A DNA stretch of 64,000 bases from Pseudomonadota bacterium (GTDB lineage: Archaea > Thermoplasmatota > SW-10-69-26 > JACQPN01 > JAJPHT01). The notes under the pieces were generated by a model, which made no database searches, was not told the DNA's origin, and saw only the letters and a program-made list of their open reading frames with translations. Positions within the stretch are counted from its first letter, which is position 1. Each line of letters begins with the position of its first letter. Shown in pieces: positions 16,773-24,656 of the stretch. Where the stretch lies: positions 1-64,000 of the forward strand of contig JAJPHT010000045.1 of the NCBI GenBank assembly GCA_021325135.1, written 5' to 3'. The translations under genes and the position numbers were made by a program.

Positions 16773-17722
16773 GCGGCCACCTCCTCGGCGGTCGCAGCCC
16801 GGCCTGTGAGCGCGAGGAACACGTCGTCCAGCGTGGGCCGGCGCAGCGCGACGTCCACGGGGTCGACCTTCGCGGCGTCGAGGCGGCGGATGGCGTCCGC
16901 CAGCGTGCGCGAGCCCTCCTTCGCGGGGAGCGAGACGCGCAGGCGCGCCTCGTCCGCGGTGGCGCCCCACTCCTGGAGCGCGGCGTGCGCGCGCTTCAGC
17001 GTCTCGGGGTCCGCCAGCTCGACCTCCACCACGTCGCCGCCCACCTTGGCCTTCAGCTCGCTGGCGGTGCCCTCGGCGATGATGACGCCGTGGTCCACCA
17101 CCGCGATGCGGTCCGCGAGGCGGTCGGCCTCCTCCAGGTATTGCGTGGTCAGGAGGATGGTCTTCCCCTCGCGGCGCAGGTCCTCGATGATGCCCCAGAG
17201 CGCGAGGCGCGAGCGCGGGTCGAGCCCCGTGGTGGGCTCGTCGAGGAAGATGACCTCCGGGTCGCCCACGAGGCTCGCCGCCAGGTCGAGGCGCCGCCGC
17301 ATGCCGCCCGAGTACGTGCGCGCGGGGCGGTCCGCGGCCTCGGTGAGGTCGAAGCGCCGCAGAAGCTCCTCCGCGCGCGCCGCCGCGGCCTCGCGGCCGA
17401 CGTGGTGCAGGCGGCCCGCCAGCGCGATGTTCTCGCGCCCCGTGAGGTGCTCGTCCACGGCGGCGTACTGCCCCGCGAGGCCGATCGCCCGGCGCAGCGC
17501 GGCCGCGTCCGACACGACGTCGAGCCCCGCGACGCTGGCGCTCCCGCCGTCGGGCCGCAGCAGCGTCGAGAAGATGCGCACGAGCGTCGTCTTGCCCGCG
17601 CCGTTGGGGCCCAGGAGGCCCAGGATCGTGCCGCGCTCCACCTCCAGGTCGACGCCACGCAGCGCCTCCACCTTGCCGTAGGACTTGCGGATTCCCCGGG
17701 CGACGATCACCGGCTTCTCCAT
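16769..17722 (-). CDS. ABC-2 ATP-binding protein (DrrA-like)
   Basis: GPNGAGKTT, GQYAAVDE.LTGREN, TYSGGMRRRLDLA, TTQYLEEAD, PTLDDVFL. Confidence 0.95.
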   Translation of the reverse strand: MEKPVIVARGIRKSYGKVEALRGVDLEVERGTILGLLGPNGAGKTTLVRIFSTLLRPDGGSASVAGLDVVSDAAALRRAIGLAGQYAAVDEHLTGRENIALAGRLHHVGREAAAARAEELLRRFDLTEAADRPARTYSGGMRRRLDLAASLVGDPEVIFLDEPTTGLDPRSRLALWGIIEDLRREGKTILLTTQYLEEADRLADRIAVVDHGVIIAEGTASELKAKVGGDVVEVELADPETLKRAHAALQEWGATADEARLRVSLPAKEGSRTLADAIRRLDAAKVDPVDVALRRPTLDDVFLALTGRAATAEEVAA

Positions 17723-17755
17723 GACGACGCCGCAGCCGCTCCGGGGTAAAGAACG

Positions 17756-17763
17756 TATTTATA
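17756..17763. promoter_or_regulatory. TATA box between the divergent DrrA-like gene and tRNA-Asp
   Basis: TATTTATA (TATAAATA on the minus strand) in a GC-rich context. Confidence 0.6.
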
Positions 17764-17826
17764 GGGCATTCGCTTTCGTGGGTTGCCCCTTGGGCGCTTC
17801 TGCGCCCGCGGATTCCTTCGGAGTCT

Positions 17827-17899
17827 GCCCCGGTAGTGTAGCGGCCTATCATAGAGCCCTGTCGAGGCTCTGACGCGGGTTCGAATCCCGCCCGGGGCG
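17827..17899 (+). tRNA. tRNA-Asp(GTC)
   Basis: GCCCCGG..GAGCC-CT-GTC-GA-GGCTC..GCGGG-TTCGAAT-CCCGC-CCGGGGC-G cloverleaf. Confidence 0.97.
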
Positions 17900-18018
17900 C
17901 TTTTTTCGCCGCAGCCGCGGCTGCGGCGAAAAAAGCGCCCCGGGCTTGCCTCACCGACCTTGCGACTCCGTGCCTGCGGGCACTCCGTCGCAAGGTCGGC
18001 TCGGCCCGCCCGGGGCGC
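17887..18018. repeat. tRNA-3'-end duplication with nested inverted repeats
   Basis: Perfect 56-bp palindrome 17890-17945; second hairpin 17954-17999; 14-bp direct repeat CCCGCCCGGGGCGC at 17887-17900 and 18005-18018. Confidence 0.85.
17901..17906 (+). terminator. Oligo-T terminator-like run after tRNA-Asp
   Basis: TTTTTT one base after the discriminator; mirrored by A6 at 17929-17934. Confidence 0.5.
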
Positions 18019-18038
18019 CTTGCACGGCGACTTGTTTT

Positions 18039-18320
18039 TCAAGGAAGGACGGGCGTGCAGGAGAACTCGAAGTTGCGCCAGAGGTTGTCGCCTCCGGCGC
18101 CGCCGAAGTAGCCCTCGAAAGCGCAGGTCCAGACCTGGGGCTGGCAGCCGTCGATGGGGGCGTCCGCGCGGACGAAGCCGCCGTTCACCGTGCAGCCGTA
18201 GACGAGGCCCAGGTCGGCGAGGCAGTCGCCCGTGCTTCCGCAGACGCTCGGAGGGGCGGCGTTGGCCAGGGGGAGGGCGGCGAGGGGGACGAGGGCCAGG
18301 AGGATCGCAAGCAGCTTCAT
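18039..18320 (-). CDS. Small secreted 6-Cys protein (93 aa)
   Basis: MKLLAILLALVPLAALPLANA signal; six Cys in the mature part; ends PVLP. Confidence 0.75.
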   Translation of the reverse strand: MKLLAILLALVPLAALPLANAAPPSVCGSTGDCLADLGLVYGCTVNGGFVRADAPIDGCQPQVWTCAFEGYFGGAGGDNLWRNFEFSCTPVLP

Positions 18321-18428
18321 GCGCGAAGGGCATGCGCCCCGCTCCGCTTGAGCCGTCGCCTGGCGAAGCCCGTCCGCTGCGGGCATCGGGCGGGAAGGTT
18401 TTTCCCCGCTCCCCGGCGAGGAGGACCC

Positions 18429-18698
18429 ATGCCGGAAGGCGCTCGAGCCCCCCGCCTGCCCGTGCCGCCTCCCCTGGACGACGAGGAGGCCGGCTACGAG
18501 GCCGACATCCGTCGAAGGGGGGACCTCGACGAGCCCCTGACGGCGAAGGAGCGGGCGTTCCTCGCGCGCCTGCCCGCGCACACGGGCATCCCGGCCGAGG
18601 TCGTGCGCGAGGCGGCGAAGCGCGCGGGCGGCGTCGAGCCGCGGCCTGCCGCGCTGCATCCGGAGGACGCGGCATCCGGAGATTCCGAAGTCACCTGA
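18429..18698 (+). CDS. Hypothetical protein (89 aa)
   Basis: SD GAGGAGG before ATG 18429; MPEGARAP...; no recognisable motif. Confidence 0.5.
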   Translation: MPEGARAPRLPVPPPLDDEEAGYEADIRRRGDLDEPLTAKERAFLARLPAHTGIPAEVVREAAKRAGGVEPRPAALHPEDAASGDSEVT

Positions 18699-18759
18699 TC
18701 CTTTCCGGTGGAAAAAGCCAGAATGTTCTTGTAGTCGCCCAGCCCCGATGGAAGACTGA

Positions 18760-19236
18760 ATGCACGCCTTCGATGGCGTCGGCAGCACGAAGAAGGCCCT
18801 CGCCCGCGAGCTCGTCCTCGCGTTCGGCATCCTGCGCTGCCCGGTGTGCGGCGACGAGAAGGCCGTCGAGTCCTTGACCAAGCACCACATCCACCCGCGC
18901 AGCCTGGGCGGCCCCACGGACCTGCGCAACCTGGTGCTCATCTGCCGCGCGTGCCACGACGACGTGCACCACTTCCCCAGCTCGTTCTGGGCCCGCGCCG
19001 CGCTGGAGGCGTTCCTCAACTGCCGCAACGTGACGTATCCGTTCCCGCCTCCCCCGGAGCCCGAGAACGCGGAGGACACGCTGCGCATCTTCTTCGTCCG
19101 CGCCAGCGCGCGCGTCGAGCGCGACCGCAAGGTGGCGGAGCGCCTGCGCAACCCGCCCTTCAACCCCCAGTGGCCCGTCGCGCGCCACTTCGGGCCGCTC
19201 CCCGAGCGGACGCTGCACCTCCCCGCCGAGGCGTGA
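18760..19236 (+). CDS. HNH endonuclease (Zn-finger HNH)
   Basis: CPVCG...LTKHHIHPRSLGGPTDLRNLVLICRACHDDVH. Confidence 0.88.
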   Translation: MHAFDGVGSTKKALARELVLAFGILRCPVCGDEKAVESLTKHHIHPRSLGGPTDLRNLVLICRACHDDVHHFPSSFWARAALEAFLNCRNVTYPFPPPPEPENAEDTLRIFFVRASARVERDRKVAERLRNPPFNPQWPVARHFGPLPERTLHLPAEA

Positions 19237-19241
19237 GCGCC

Positions 19242-19595
19242 TCAGGGCAGGCCGACGACCTGCGAGGCGTCGTTGCTGAGGACGCAGCCCCACTTCTTGA
19301 AGATGGGCTGGTCCGGCCAGTTCTGGAACCAGACCGTGGCGCCCACGCAGTCGGGGATCCACAGCGTGCACACGGAGTCGACGCACAGCGTGGTCTTGCC
19401 GATCTCCGAGAAGTCAAAGCCGATGCAGGCCGACGTGGACGTGCACGAGGGGCCGAACCCGACCTGGCAGAACGCATCGAGGACGATGGGCGAGAGCGCG
19501 CATCCCAGCAAGTCGGTGGGCTCGGCCTGGGCGGCGGGCGTTGCGAGAGGCGCGAGGCAGAGGAGGGCGACGAGAAGGAGGGGTCGTGAGATCAT
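19242..19595 (-). CDS. Secreted 8-Cys mini-protein, paralog 1 (type A)
   Basis: Signal ending AAQA; core GFGPSCTSTSAC; TVWFQ; DQP.FK.WGC. Confidence 0.85.
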   Translation of the reverse strand: MISRPLLLVALLCLAPLATPAAQAEPTDLLGCALSPIVLDAFCQVGFGPSCTSTSACIGFDFSEIGKTTLCVDSVCTLWIPDCVGATVWFQNWPDQPIFKKWGCVLSNDASQVVGLP

Positions 19596-19628
19596 GGGAT
19601 CGCGTCCCGCTCCATGGGCGGGAGCGCC

Positions 19629-19652
19629 TTCAATCCTCTCTGCCAACCTTGC
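19629..19652 (-). promoter_or_regulatory. Conserved upstream motif, copy 1 (GCAAGGTTGG-N9-TTGAA)
   Basis: Plus-strand TTCAA at 19629 and CCAACCTTGC at 19643-19652; same spacing in all four copies. Confidence 0.7.
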
Positions 19653-19664
19653 CACGTCCGCGCC

Positions 19665-20018
19665 TCAGGGCAGGCCGAAGATCGCGCCGACGTTCTGCCG
19701 ACAGTATTCGTTGTCGATGCTGGGGTTCTCCGGCCAGTCCTGGAACCAGACGGTGACCCGCACGCAGAGGGGCAGGTAGGGCGTGCACACGGAGGCCGTC
19801 ACGCACTCGTACCTCTTGCCCGACTCCAGGACGTCGGCGCCCAGGCAGGCCGAAGTGGAGGTGCACGAAGGGCCGAAGCCCACCTCGCAGAACGACCAGG
19901 GGTCGATGGGAGAGAACACGCACCCCAGGATATCGATGGACGTCTTGGCCTGGGCGGCGGGCGTTGCGAGAGGCGCGAGGCAGAGGAGGGCGATGAGAAG
20001 GAAGACTCGTGTCGTCAT
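19665..20018 (-). CDS. Secreted 8-Cys mini-protein, paralog 2 (type B)
   Basis: Same signal type, GFGPSCTSTSAC core and TVWFQ; C-terminal PE.P..D.E.C. Confidence 0.85.
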   Translation of the reverse strand: MTTRVFLLIALLCLAPLATPAAQAKTSIDILGCVFSPIDPWSFCEVGFGPSCTSTSACLGADVLESGKRYECVTASVCTPYLPLCVRVTVWFQDWPENPSIDNEYCRQNVGAIFGLP

Positions 20019-20051
20019 GGGAATCCCTCTTCACCCACGGGCGGGGGCTCC

Positions 20052-20075
20052 TTCAACTCTCCCTGCCAACCTTGC
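20052..20075 (-). promoter_or_regulatory. Conserved upstream motif, copy 2
   Basis: TTCAA at 20052, CCAACCTTGC at 20066-20075. Confidence 0.7.
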
Positions 20076-20097
20076 TGCGCCGCCGGAGCGCGACGCG

Positions 20098-20162
20098 CCC
20101 CCCGTGAGCCTGACGCCACCGAGGACACGCTCCGCAACCGCCAAGGGCCCGCCGAGGCGTGA
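20098..20162 (+). pseudogene. Internally deleted remnant of the 3' end of the HNH gene
   Basis: Reads PREPDATEDTLRN...PAEA* versus HNH PPEPENAEDTLR...RLRN...PAEA*; CCCGCCGAGGCGTGA is identical at 19222-19236 and 20148-20162. Confidence 0.75.
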
Positions 20163-20168
20163 AGGCGC

Positions 20169-20519
20169 TCAGGACGGGCCGAGGACCTGCACGATCTCGC
20201 CGATGAGGCAGCCCCAGTGCTTGAACGTCGGCTGATCCGGCCAGTCCTGGAACCAGACCGTGACGCCCACGCAGTTGGGGAGCCACGGGGTGCATCCGGC
20301 GATGGTGCACTGCTTGTACTTGCCGATCTCCGAGACGTCCACGCCGATGCAGGCGGAGGTGGACGTGCACGAGGGGCCGAACCCGACCTCGCAGAACGCC
20401 GAGACGTCGATGGGAGAGAACACGCACCCCAGGAGGTCGGTGGACGCGGCTTGGGCCACGGGCGCCGCGAGGGGGGCAAGGCAGAGGAGGCCAAGGAGAA
20501 GGAAGGGCCGCAGGGTCAT
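20169..20519 (-). CDS. Secreted 8-Cys mini-protein, paralog 3 (type A)
   Basis: Same core; DQPTFKHWGC, closest to paralog 1. Confidence 0.85.
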   Translation of the reverse strand: MTLRPFLLLGLLCLAPLAAPVAQAASTDLLGCVFSPIDVSAFCEVGFGPSCTSTSACIGVDVSEIGKYKQCTIAGCTPWLPNCVGVTVWFQDWPDQPTFKHWGCLIGEIVQVLGPS

Positions 20520-20553
20520 GGGATCGCTCGTCTCGCCCATGGGCGGGAGCGGC

Positions 20554-20577
20554 TTCAATCCTGCCTGCCAACCTTGC
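20554..20577 (-). promoter_or_regulatory. Conserved upstream motif, copy 3
   Basis: TTCAA at 20554, CCAACCTTGC at 20568-20577. Confidence 0.7.
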
Positions 20578-20610
20578 CGCGCCCACGAGGGCGCTTCAGC
20601 CAGGACGCCC

Positions 20611-20973
20611 TCAGGGCAGGACGCCCGCGGGCCGGACGTCCACCACGGGGGAGCAGATCTCCTGGTCCACGCGGGGGCTCTCCGGCCGGTCCTGGAACCA
20701 GACGGTGACGGTCACGCACGAGGGGAGCCACGGCGAGCAGGTGGCGTTCACGCATTCCAGGTCCTTCCACGTCTCCGCGACGTTGGCGCCCAGGCACGCC
20801 GAGGTGGAGGTGCACGAGGGGCCGAAGCCCGCGCTGCAGTAGGCGAACGGGTCGGTGAAGGACGCGACGCACGCCTTCAGGTCGATGGAGCGCGCCATGC
20901 CAGCGGCCTGGGCCGGCGCGGCCACGAGCAGGAGGGAGAGCGCAGCCAGGACGAGGAGGGACCGCTGGACCAT
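20611..20973 (-). CDS. Secreted 8-Cys mini-protein, paralog 4 (type B)
   Basis: Same core; PESPRVDQEIC resembles paralog 2. Confidence 0.85.
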   Translation of the reverse strand: MVQRSLLVLAALSLLLVAAPAQAAGMARSIDLKACVASFTDPFAYCSAGFGPSCTSTSACLGANVAETWKDLECVNATCSPWLPSCVTVTVWFQDRPESPRVDQEICSPVVDVRPAGVLP

Positions 20974-21010
20974 GGGAATCGTCTCCTGGCCCGCACCCGC
21001 GGGAGACGCG

Positions 21011-21034
21011 TTCAGTCTTCTCTACCAACCTTGC
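21011..21034 (-). promoter_or_regulatory. Conserved upstream motif, copy 4 (overlaps the last codons of the hydrolase gene)
   Basis: TTCAG at 21011, CCAACCTTGC at 21025-21034; encodes part of RQGW* of the upstream CDS. Confidence 0.65.
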
Positions 21035-21984
21035 CGCGTCTCCGTGGCCACGCCGTCGCGCACCAGGAACGTCTCCAGCCCCCGGTCCTCCGCGGGGACC
21101 CACCACGGCTCGTGCAACGACTCGTAGCGCTGCGCGGCGTCGGTGAACGAGACGATCCATCCGCCCCCGGGCGCGGGCTCCGCGTCGAGGGCCATGGGCC
21201 CGTAGCTCCCCAGGAGGAAGCCGCGGTACGCGTTGGTGGACTCCGCGGCGTTGATGGCGGGCGCGGCCTCGGGCGGGATCGACTCGGGGAACCATGTGGG
21301 GTCGACGCGCGCGCCGTCCCGGTCCACCTCCGCGACGAGGGTGCCGTTGGCGGCCCGGTCGACGACGATCCACTCGCGGAAGAGGCCGTGAGGGTACGCG
21401 TGCGCCGCGTCGGCGGGCCGCTCCGCCAGGAGGCCCGCGCCGAGCGCGAGGAGGAGGATCGCCACGAGCGCGCCCGCCTGCGCGACGCGCCGCGGCGGCA
21501 GGCGCCCCAGCGCGTGCAGCAGGAGGATCGCCGCGGGGATCGGGAAGAGGAGGTCCACCTGCCAGGGGAAGACCTCGAAGCCGAAGCGCCGCGACGAGAA
21601 GGGGAAGAGGAGCGGCACGCCCGAGAGCGTCACGCCGTCGAGGACGAGGTGCGTCCACGAGCCCAGCACGAGCAGCGGGACGAACGCGGGCTGCCACGCG
21701 AAGAGGCCCAGCCTGCGGGGCCACGCGCGCGCCGCCAGCGCGAGGGCGCCCACCAGCGCGAAGGCGAAGAGGGGCGCGCCGAAGAGGCTGTGGGAGAGCC
21801 CGCGGTGCTGCAGGAACCAGAGGGCGTCGACGCGCCGCGCGAGCCCGCCCAGGAGGCCGTCGAGGTCGGGCGCCGCCGCGGCGACGCCGAAGACGGCGGC
21901 CCACGCCCAGCGGGCGTCGCCCTTGCGCCTGAGCGCGACGAGCGCCGCCGCGTAGGGGATCAGCGCGTGCGTGGCGACGTCCAC
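21022..21984 (-). CDS. Membrane-bound metal-dependent hydrolase (YdjM-like)
   Basis: MDVATHA, APDLD, HRGLSHSL, THLVLD, GVPLLFPF; GTG start at 21984. Confidence 0.88.
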   Translation of the reverse strand: MDVATHALIPYAAALVALRRKGDARWAWAAVFGVAAAAPDLDGLLGGLARRVDALWFLQHRGLSHSLFGAPLFAFALVGALALAARAWPRRLGLFAWQPAFVPLLVLGSWTHLVLDGVTLSGVPLLFPFSSRRFGFEVFPWQVDLLFPIPAAILLLHALGRLPPRRVAQAGALVAILLLALGAGLLAERPADAAHAYPHGLFREWIVVDRAANGTLVAEVDRDGARVDPTWFPESIPPEAAPAINAAESTNAYRGFLLGSYGPMALDAEPAPGGGWIVSFTDAAQRYESLHEPWWVPAEDRGLETFLVRDGVATETRQGW

Positions 21985-22016
21985 GGCGGGGGAGCGGCCG
22001 GAGGGTGGATCAGGCT

Positions 22017-23117
22017 TTACTTCCCGCTCACGAGGTAGATGAGGACGAGGTCCATGACGAAGAGGATGACGACGATGGTCTCCAGCGCCATGCCGCGGCG
22101 GTGCTCCACCTCGTGGGACGCAAGGGTGTAGAGCTCGTTCAACGTCGCCATCTTCTCGCGCACGATGCTCTCCCACTCGCTCAGGTGGAAGCGCTCGGCG
22201 AGGCCCAGGTGGAGCTTGGCGAGGTAGTAGTCGCCGAAGATCTTGCCGATGTTGTTGATGGTGTCCGTCACGCGCACGAGGTCGATGCGCGCCTCGGAGA
22301 GCTCCTCCTGCACGTTGCGCGCGCTGCGGAAGAGGCCGCCGCGCCCGTAGAAGCGCGTGAGGTCGTCGTAGGCGCGCTCCAGGACGGCGTCGAGGTACTT
22401 GTCGTAGGCGCGAAGCTCCAGCAATTCCAGGTTCGCGCTCTGCATGACGCTGAGCACGTCGTCGTACTTGCCGCTGGGCTCGATGACCAGCGCGCGCTCC
22501 CAGTCCGCGATCACGAGGTCGTCCTGGTAGTAGCTGAACCACGTGCGCAGGTTGTCGCGCACCTCGTCCGCGCTGAGGCGCTCGGGCCTGCGCTCGCCCG
22601 CGACGATGCCCGCGAGGGCCTGCCGCTGCTGGAGGAAGAGGTCCTGCGCGCTCAATTCCGTCTCGGTGAGGACGATGACCTGGTAGGGCTCGGGCTCCAC
22701 GTCCGCGTCGTAGGTCTCCACGAGGGCGGGCTTCAGGCGCGCCTCCAGCGTGGCGACGATCTCGCGGGCGATCCCCTCGAAGTTGGGCCCGTCGCGCGGC
22801 CGCAGGTGGCTCGCGTCGTTGACCTCCGCCAGGGAGGCGAGGCGGAAGGGGAGGCGCAGCACGACGGCGATGGCGCCGATGGCGTAGACGTGCGCCTCGA
22901 TGGCCACGTCGAAGGCGCCCTTGTCCGTCTCCACCTTCCGCGGCGCGTAGCGCAGCGTGAGGGGGCGCACGATCTGGACGTAGGTGGGCGCGCTCTTGCC
23001 CGGCTCGATGCGCTCCGCGGTGCCCACGGTGGCCAGGAGCTTCGTGGCGTCCGCGAGGCGCACCTCGCCGCCCAGGTCGAAGAGGAAGCTGAAGACGAAC
23101 TCTCCCGCGTAGGGCAT
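22017..23117 (-). CDS. Conserved protein with a C-terminal TM (RMD1/DUF155-like)
   Basis: FSYYQDDLVIADWERA, ANLELLELRAYD, GDYYLAKL, LETIVVILF; ATG at 23117. Confidence 0.7.
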   Translation of the reverse strand: MPYAGEFVFSFLFDLGGEVRLADATKLLATVGTAERIEPGKSAPTYVQIVRPLTLRYAPRKVETDKGAFDVAIEAHVYAIGAIAVVLRLPFRLASLAEVNDASHLRPRDGPNFEGIAREIVATLEARLKPALVETYDADVEPEPYQVIVLTETELSAQDLFLQQRQALAGIVAGERRPERLSADEVRDNLRTWFSYYQDDLVIADWERALVIEPSGKYDDVLSVMQSANLELLELRAYDKYLDAVLERAYDDLTRFYGRGGLFRSARNVQEELSEARIDLVRVTDTINNIGKIFGDYYLAKLHLGLAERFHLSEWESIVREKMATLNELYTLASHEVEHRRGMALETIVVILFVMDLVLIYLVSGK

Positions 23118-23123
23118 GCTATC

Positions 23124-23280
23124 GCGCTCCCGGCGTCGAAGCTGGGGGCTCCGCCCCCAGGCCCCCGGCAACCCGAACCCGCGAACCACCGGACCCCGCC
23201 AGAAAGGGGGCTGGTTCGTGGGTTCGTTGGTTCGGGTCGTGGAGGGGGGCTCGGGGGGACGCTTCCCCCCGAGGGAGCGC
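23124..23280. repeat. Palindromic MITE/REP-like element, copy B
   Basis: Outer stem GCGCTCCC/GGGAGCGC; CTGGGGGCTCCGCCCCCAG hairpin; 8-bp periodic GAACC/GGTTC inverted arms; CTCGGGGGG..CCCCCCGAG hairpin. Confidence 0.7.
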
Positions 23281-23290
23281 AGGCCAGAGG

Positions 23291-24127
23291 TCAGCGCCTT
23301 CGGAGGGTCCACCCTGCGATCGCGACGGCGACCACGCCCAGCCCAAGCTCGGGGCCCGGGAGGAGGTGCTTCCCTCCGGCGTCGGCGGGCGGGGGGTCGG
23401 TCGCATAGAGATGAAGGATGGGCACATCGTCGTAATTGAACCCTCCGGAGCGGCTGGCGAACCGGAGATGGTACATGGACGCCTTGGGGAAATTGTAATC
23501 ATACGTCCAGAGGCCCTTGGACTGGTGCTTCAGGGTGACCTGCTGCTGGTCGAAGAGCTGGGAGTGGTCGTTGCTCCAGCGCTCGACGTTCATCTGGAGG
23601 TCGTTGAGCTTGTCGACCCTCTGGCCCGTGATGGGGTCCACCGTCTCGATGGCCAGCACGGTGCGGGAGCCCGTGGTGACGTCCTGCTGGAGGTCCGCAG
23701 ACTGGATGCGCACCGGCAGGTCCGGGTACGCGGTGAAGGTGGTGCTCTGCGAGTAGTCCGTGCCGTTGGGCGCGTGCAGGATGAACGTCGCGGAGTAGTT
23801 GCCCCGCGCGGGCAGGATGAACGACCCGACGAGGTAGCCCGTGGGGTCGTGCGCCATGTCGAGGCTCTTGGACCAGTTGTCGGGCCCGCGCATGACCATG
23901 GTCGCGCCCAGGGTCGTGACGTAGTTCCCCGTCGCGTTGTCCGAGACCAAGGCCGAGAAGGAGATGCTGTTGTTGGCGTAGACGTTGGTGGGCTGCGGGT
24001 CGACGTAGGCCGCGTAGGGCCCCAGGAGGAGGCTGCGGGCCTGGCTGAACCCCTCGATGTGGGCGTTCGCGGAGGGGGCGGCAGCGAGGGCCGCGAGGAG
24101 GGTGAGGAGGAGGGCGAGTCGGCGCAA
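23291..24127 (-). CDS. Secreted Ig-like protein with His1 and a PG-TM-RRR anchor (copper cluster)
   Basis: SD GGTGAT + TTG; signal ANA|HIEG; C-terminal LLPGPELGLGVVAVAIAGWTLRRR. Confidence 0.75.
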   Translation of the reverse strand: MRRLALLLTLLAALAAAPSANAHIEGFSQARSLLLGPYAAYVDPQPTNVYANNSISFSALVSDNATGNYVTTLGATMVMRGPDNWSKSLDMAHDPTGYLVGSFILPARGNYSATFILHAPNGTDYSQSTTFTAYPDLPVRIQSADLQQDVTTGSRTVLAIETVDPITGQRVDKLNDLQMNVERWSNDHSQLFDQQQVTLKHQSKGLWTYDYNFPKASMYHLRFASRSGGFNYDDVPILHLYATDPPPADAGGKHLLPGPELGLGVVAVAIAGWTLRRR

Positions 24128-24133
24128 GGGGGA

Positions 24134-24652
24134 TCACCGGCGGCGGACGAGGAACGCGACGCCCGCCAGCGCGACGATGGCGCCCAGCGCGGCCTCGCCT
24201 CCGGACTTGTTGGTGGCGCCCCCCGTGACCTTCAGCTCGCCCACCATGCCGCCCTGGGCATGGCCGGGGATGGCGCAGTAGTAGTAGAACGTGCCCGCCT
24301 TCTTCAGCGTGAACGGGGGCAGGTCGATGGACTCGTTGTTGCCGAGGTTCTTCGTGGGGCCGGCCCACTTGTCGTTGCACGTCGTCCCGGGCGAGACGCC
24401 GTCGCCGCACACGAGGAGGTTGTGCGGGCTGGGGCCGAGGTTGATGACGTGGATCCTCACCGTGTCGCCCACGACGCCGTCGATGCGCTCGGGCGCGATG
24501 TGGAAGCCCGCGCTGAACTCGTGGAGCTCCACCTCGCACGAGATGACGGTGCCGGACTTGGTGCAGGCGGGGACGTCGGGGGTCTGGGCGTGGGCGGGCG
24601 CCGCGGCGAGGAGGACGAGCGCGGCGACGAGGGTTCCGAGGGCGAGGCGCAT
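24134..24652 (-). CDS. Cupredoxin (type-1 blue copper protein) with C-terminal anchor
   Basis: GDTVRI..N....HNL and YYCAIPGHAQGGM supply the H/C/H/M ligands. Confidence 0.9.
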   Translation of the reverse strand: MRLALGTLVAALVLLAAAPAHAQTPDVPACTKSGTVISCEVELHEFSAGFHIAPERIDGVVGDTVRIHVINLGPSPHNLLVCGDGVSPGTTCNDKWAGPTKNLGNNESIDLPPFTLKKAGTFYYYCAIPGHAQGGMVGELKVTGGATNKSGGEAALGAIVALAGVAFLVRRR

Positions 24653-24656
24653 GATA

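Noticed and set aside
19242-20973. Diversity-generating retroelement as the source of paralog variation
   Set aside because: No reverse transcriptase or template repeat is visible, and differences are not confined to adenine positions
19242-21034. Regularly spaced repeats read as a CRISPR array or integron attC sites
   Set aside because: The period is about 420-500 bp and coding; the shared motif is short and non-palindromic; no cas or integron integrase gene is in the window
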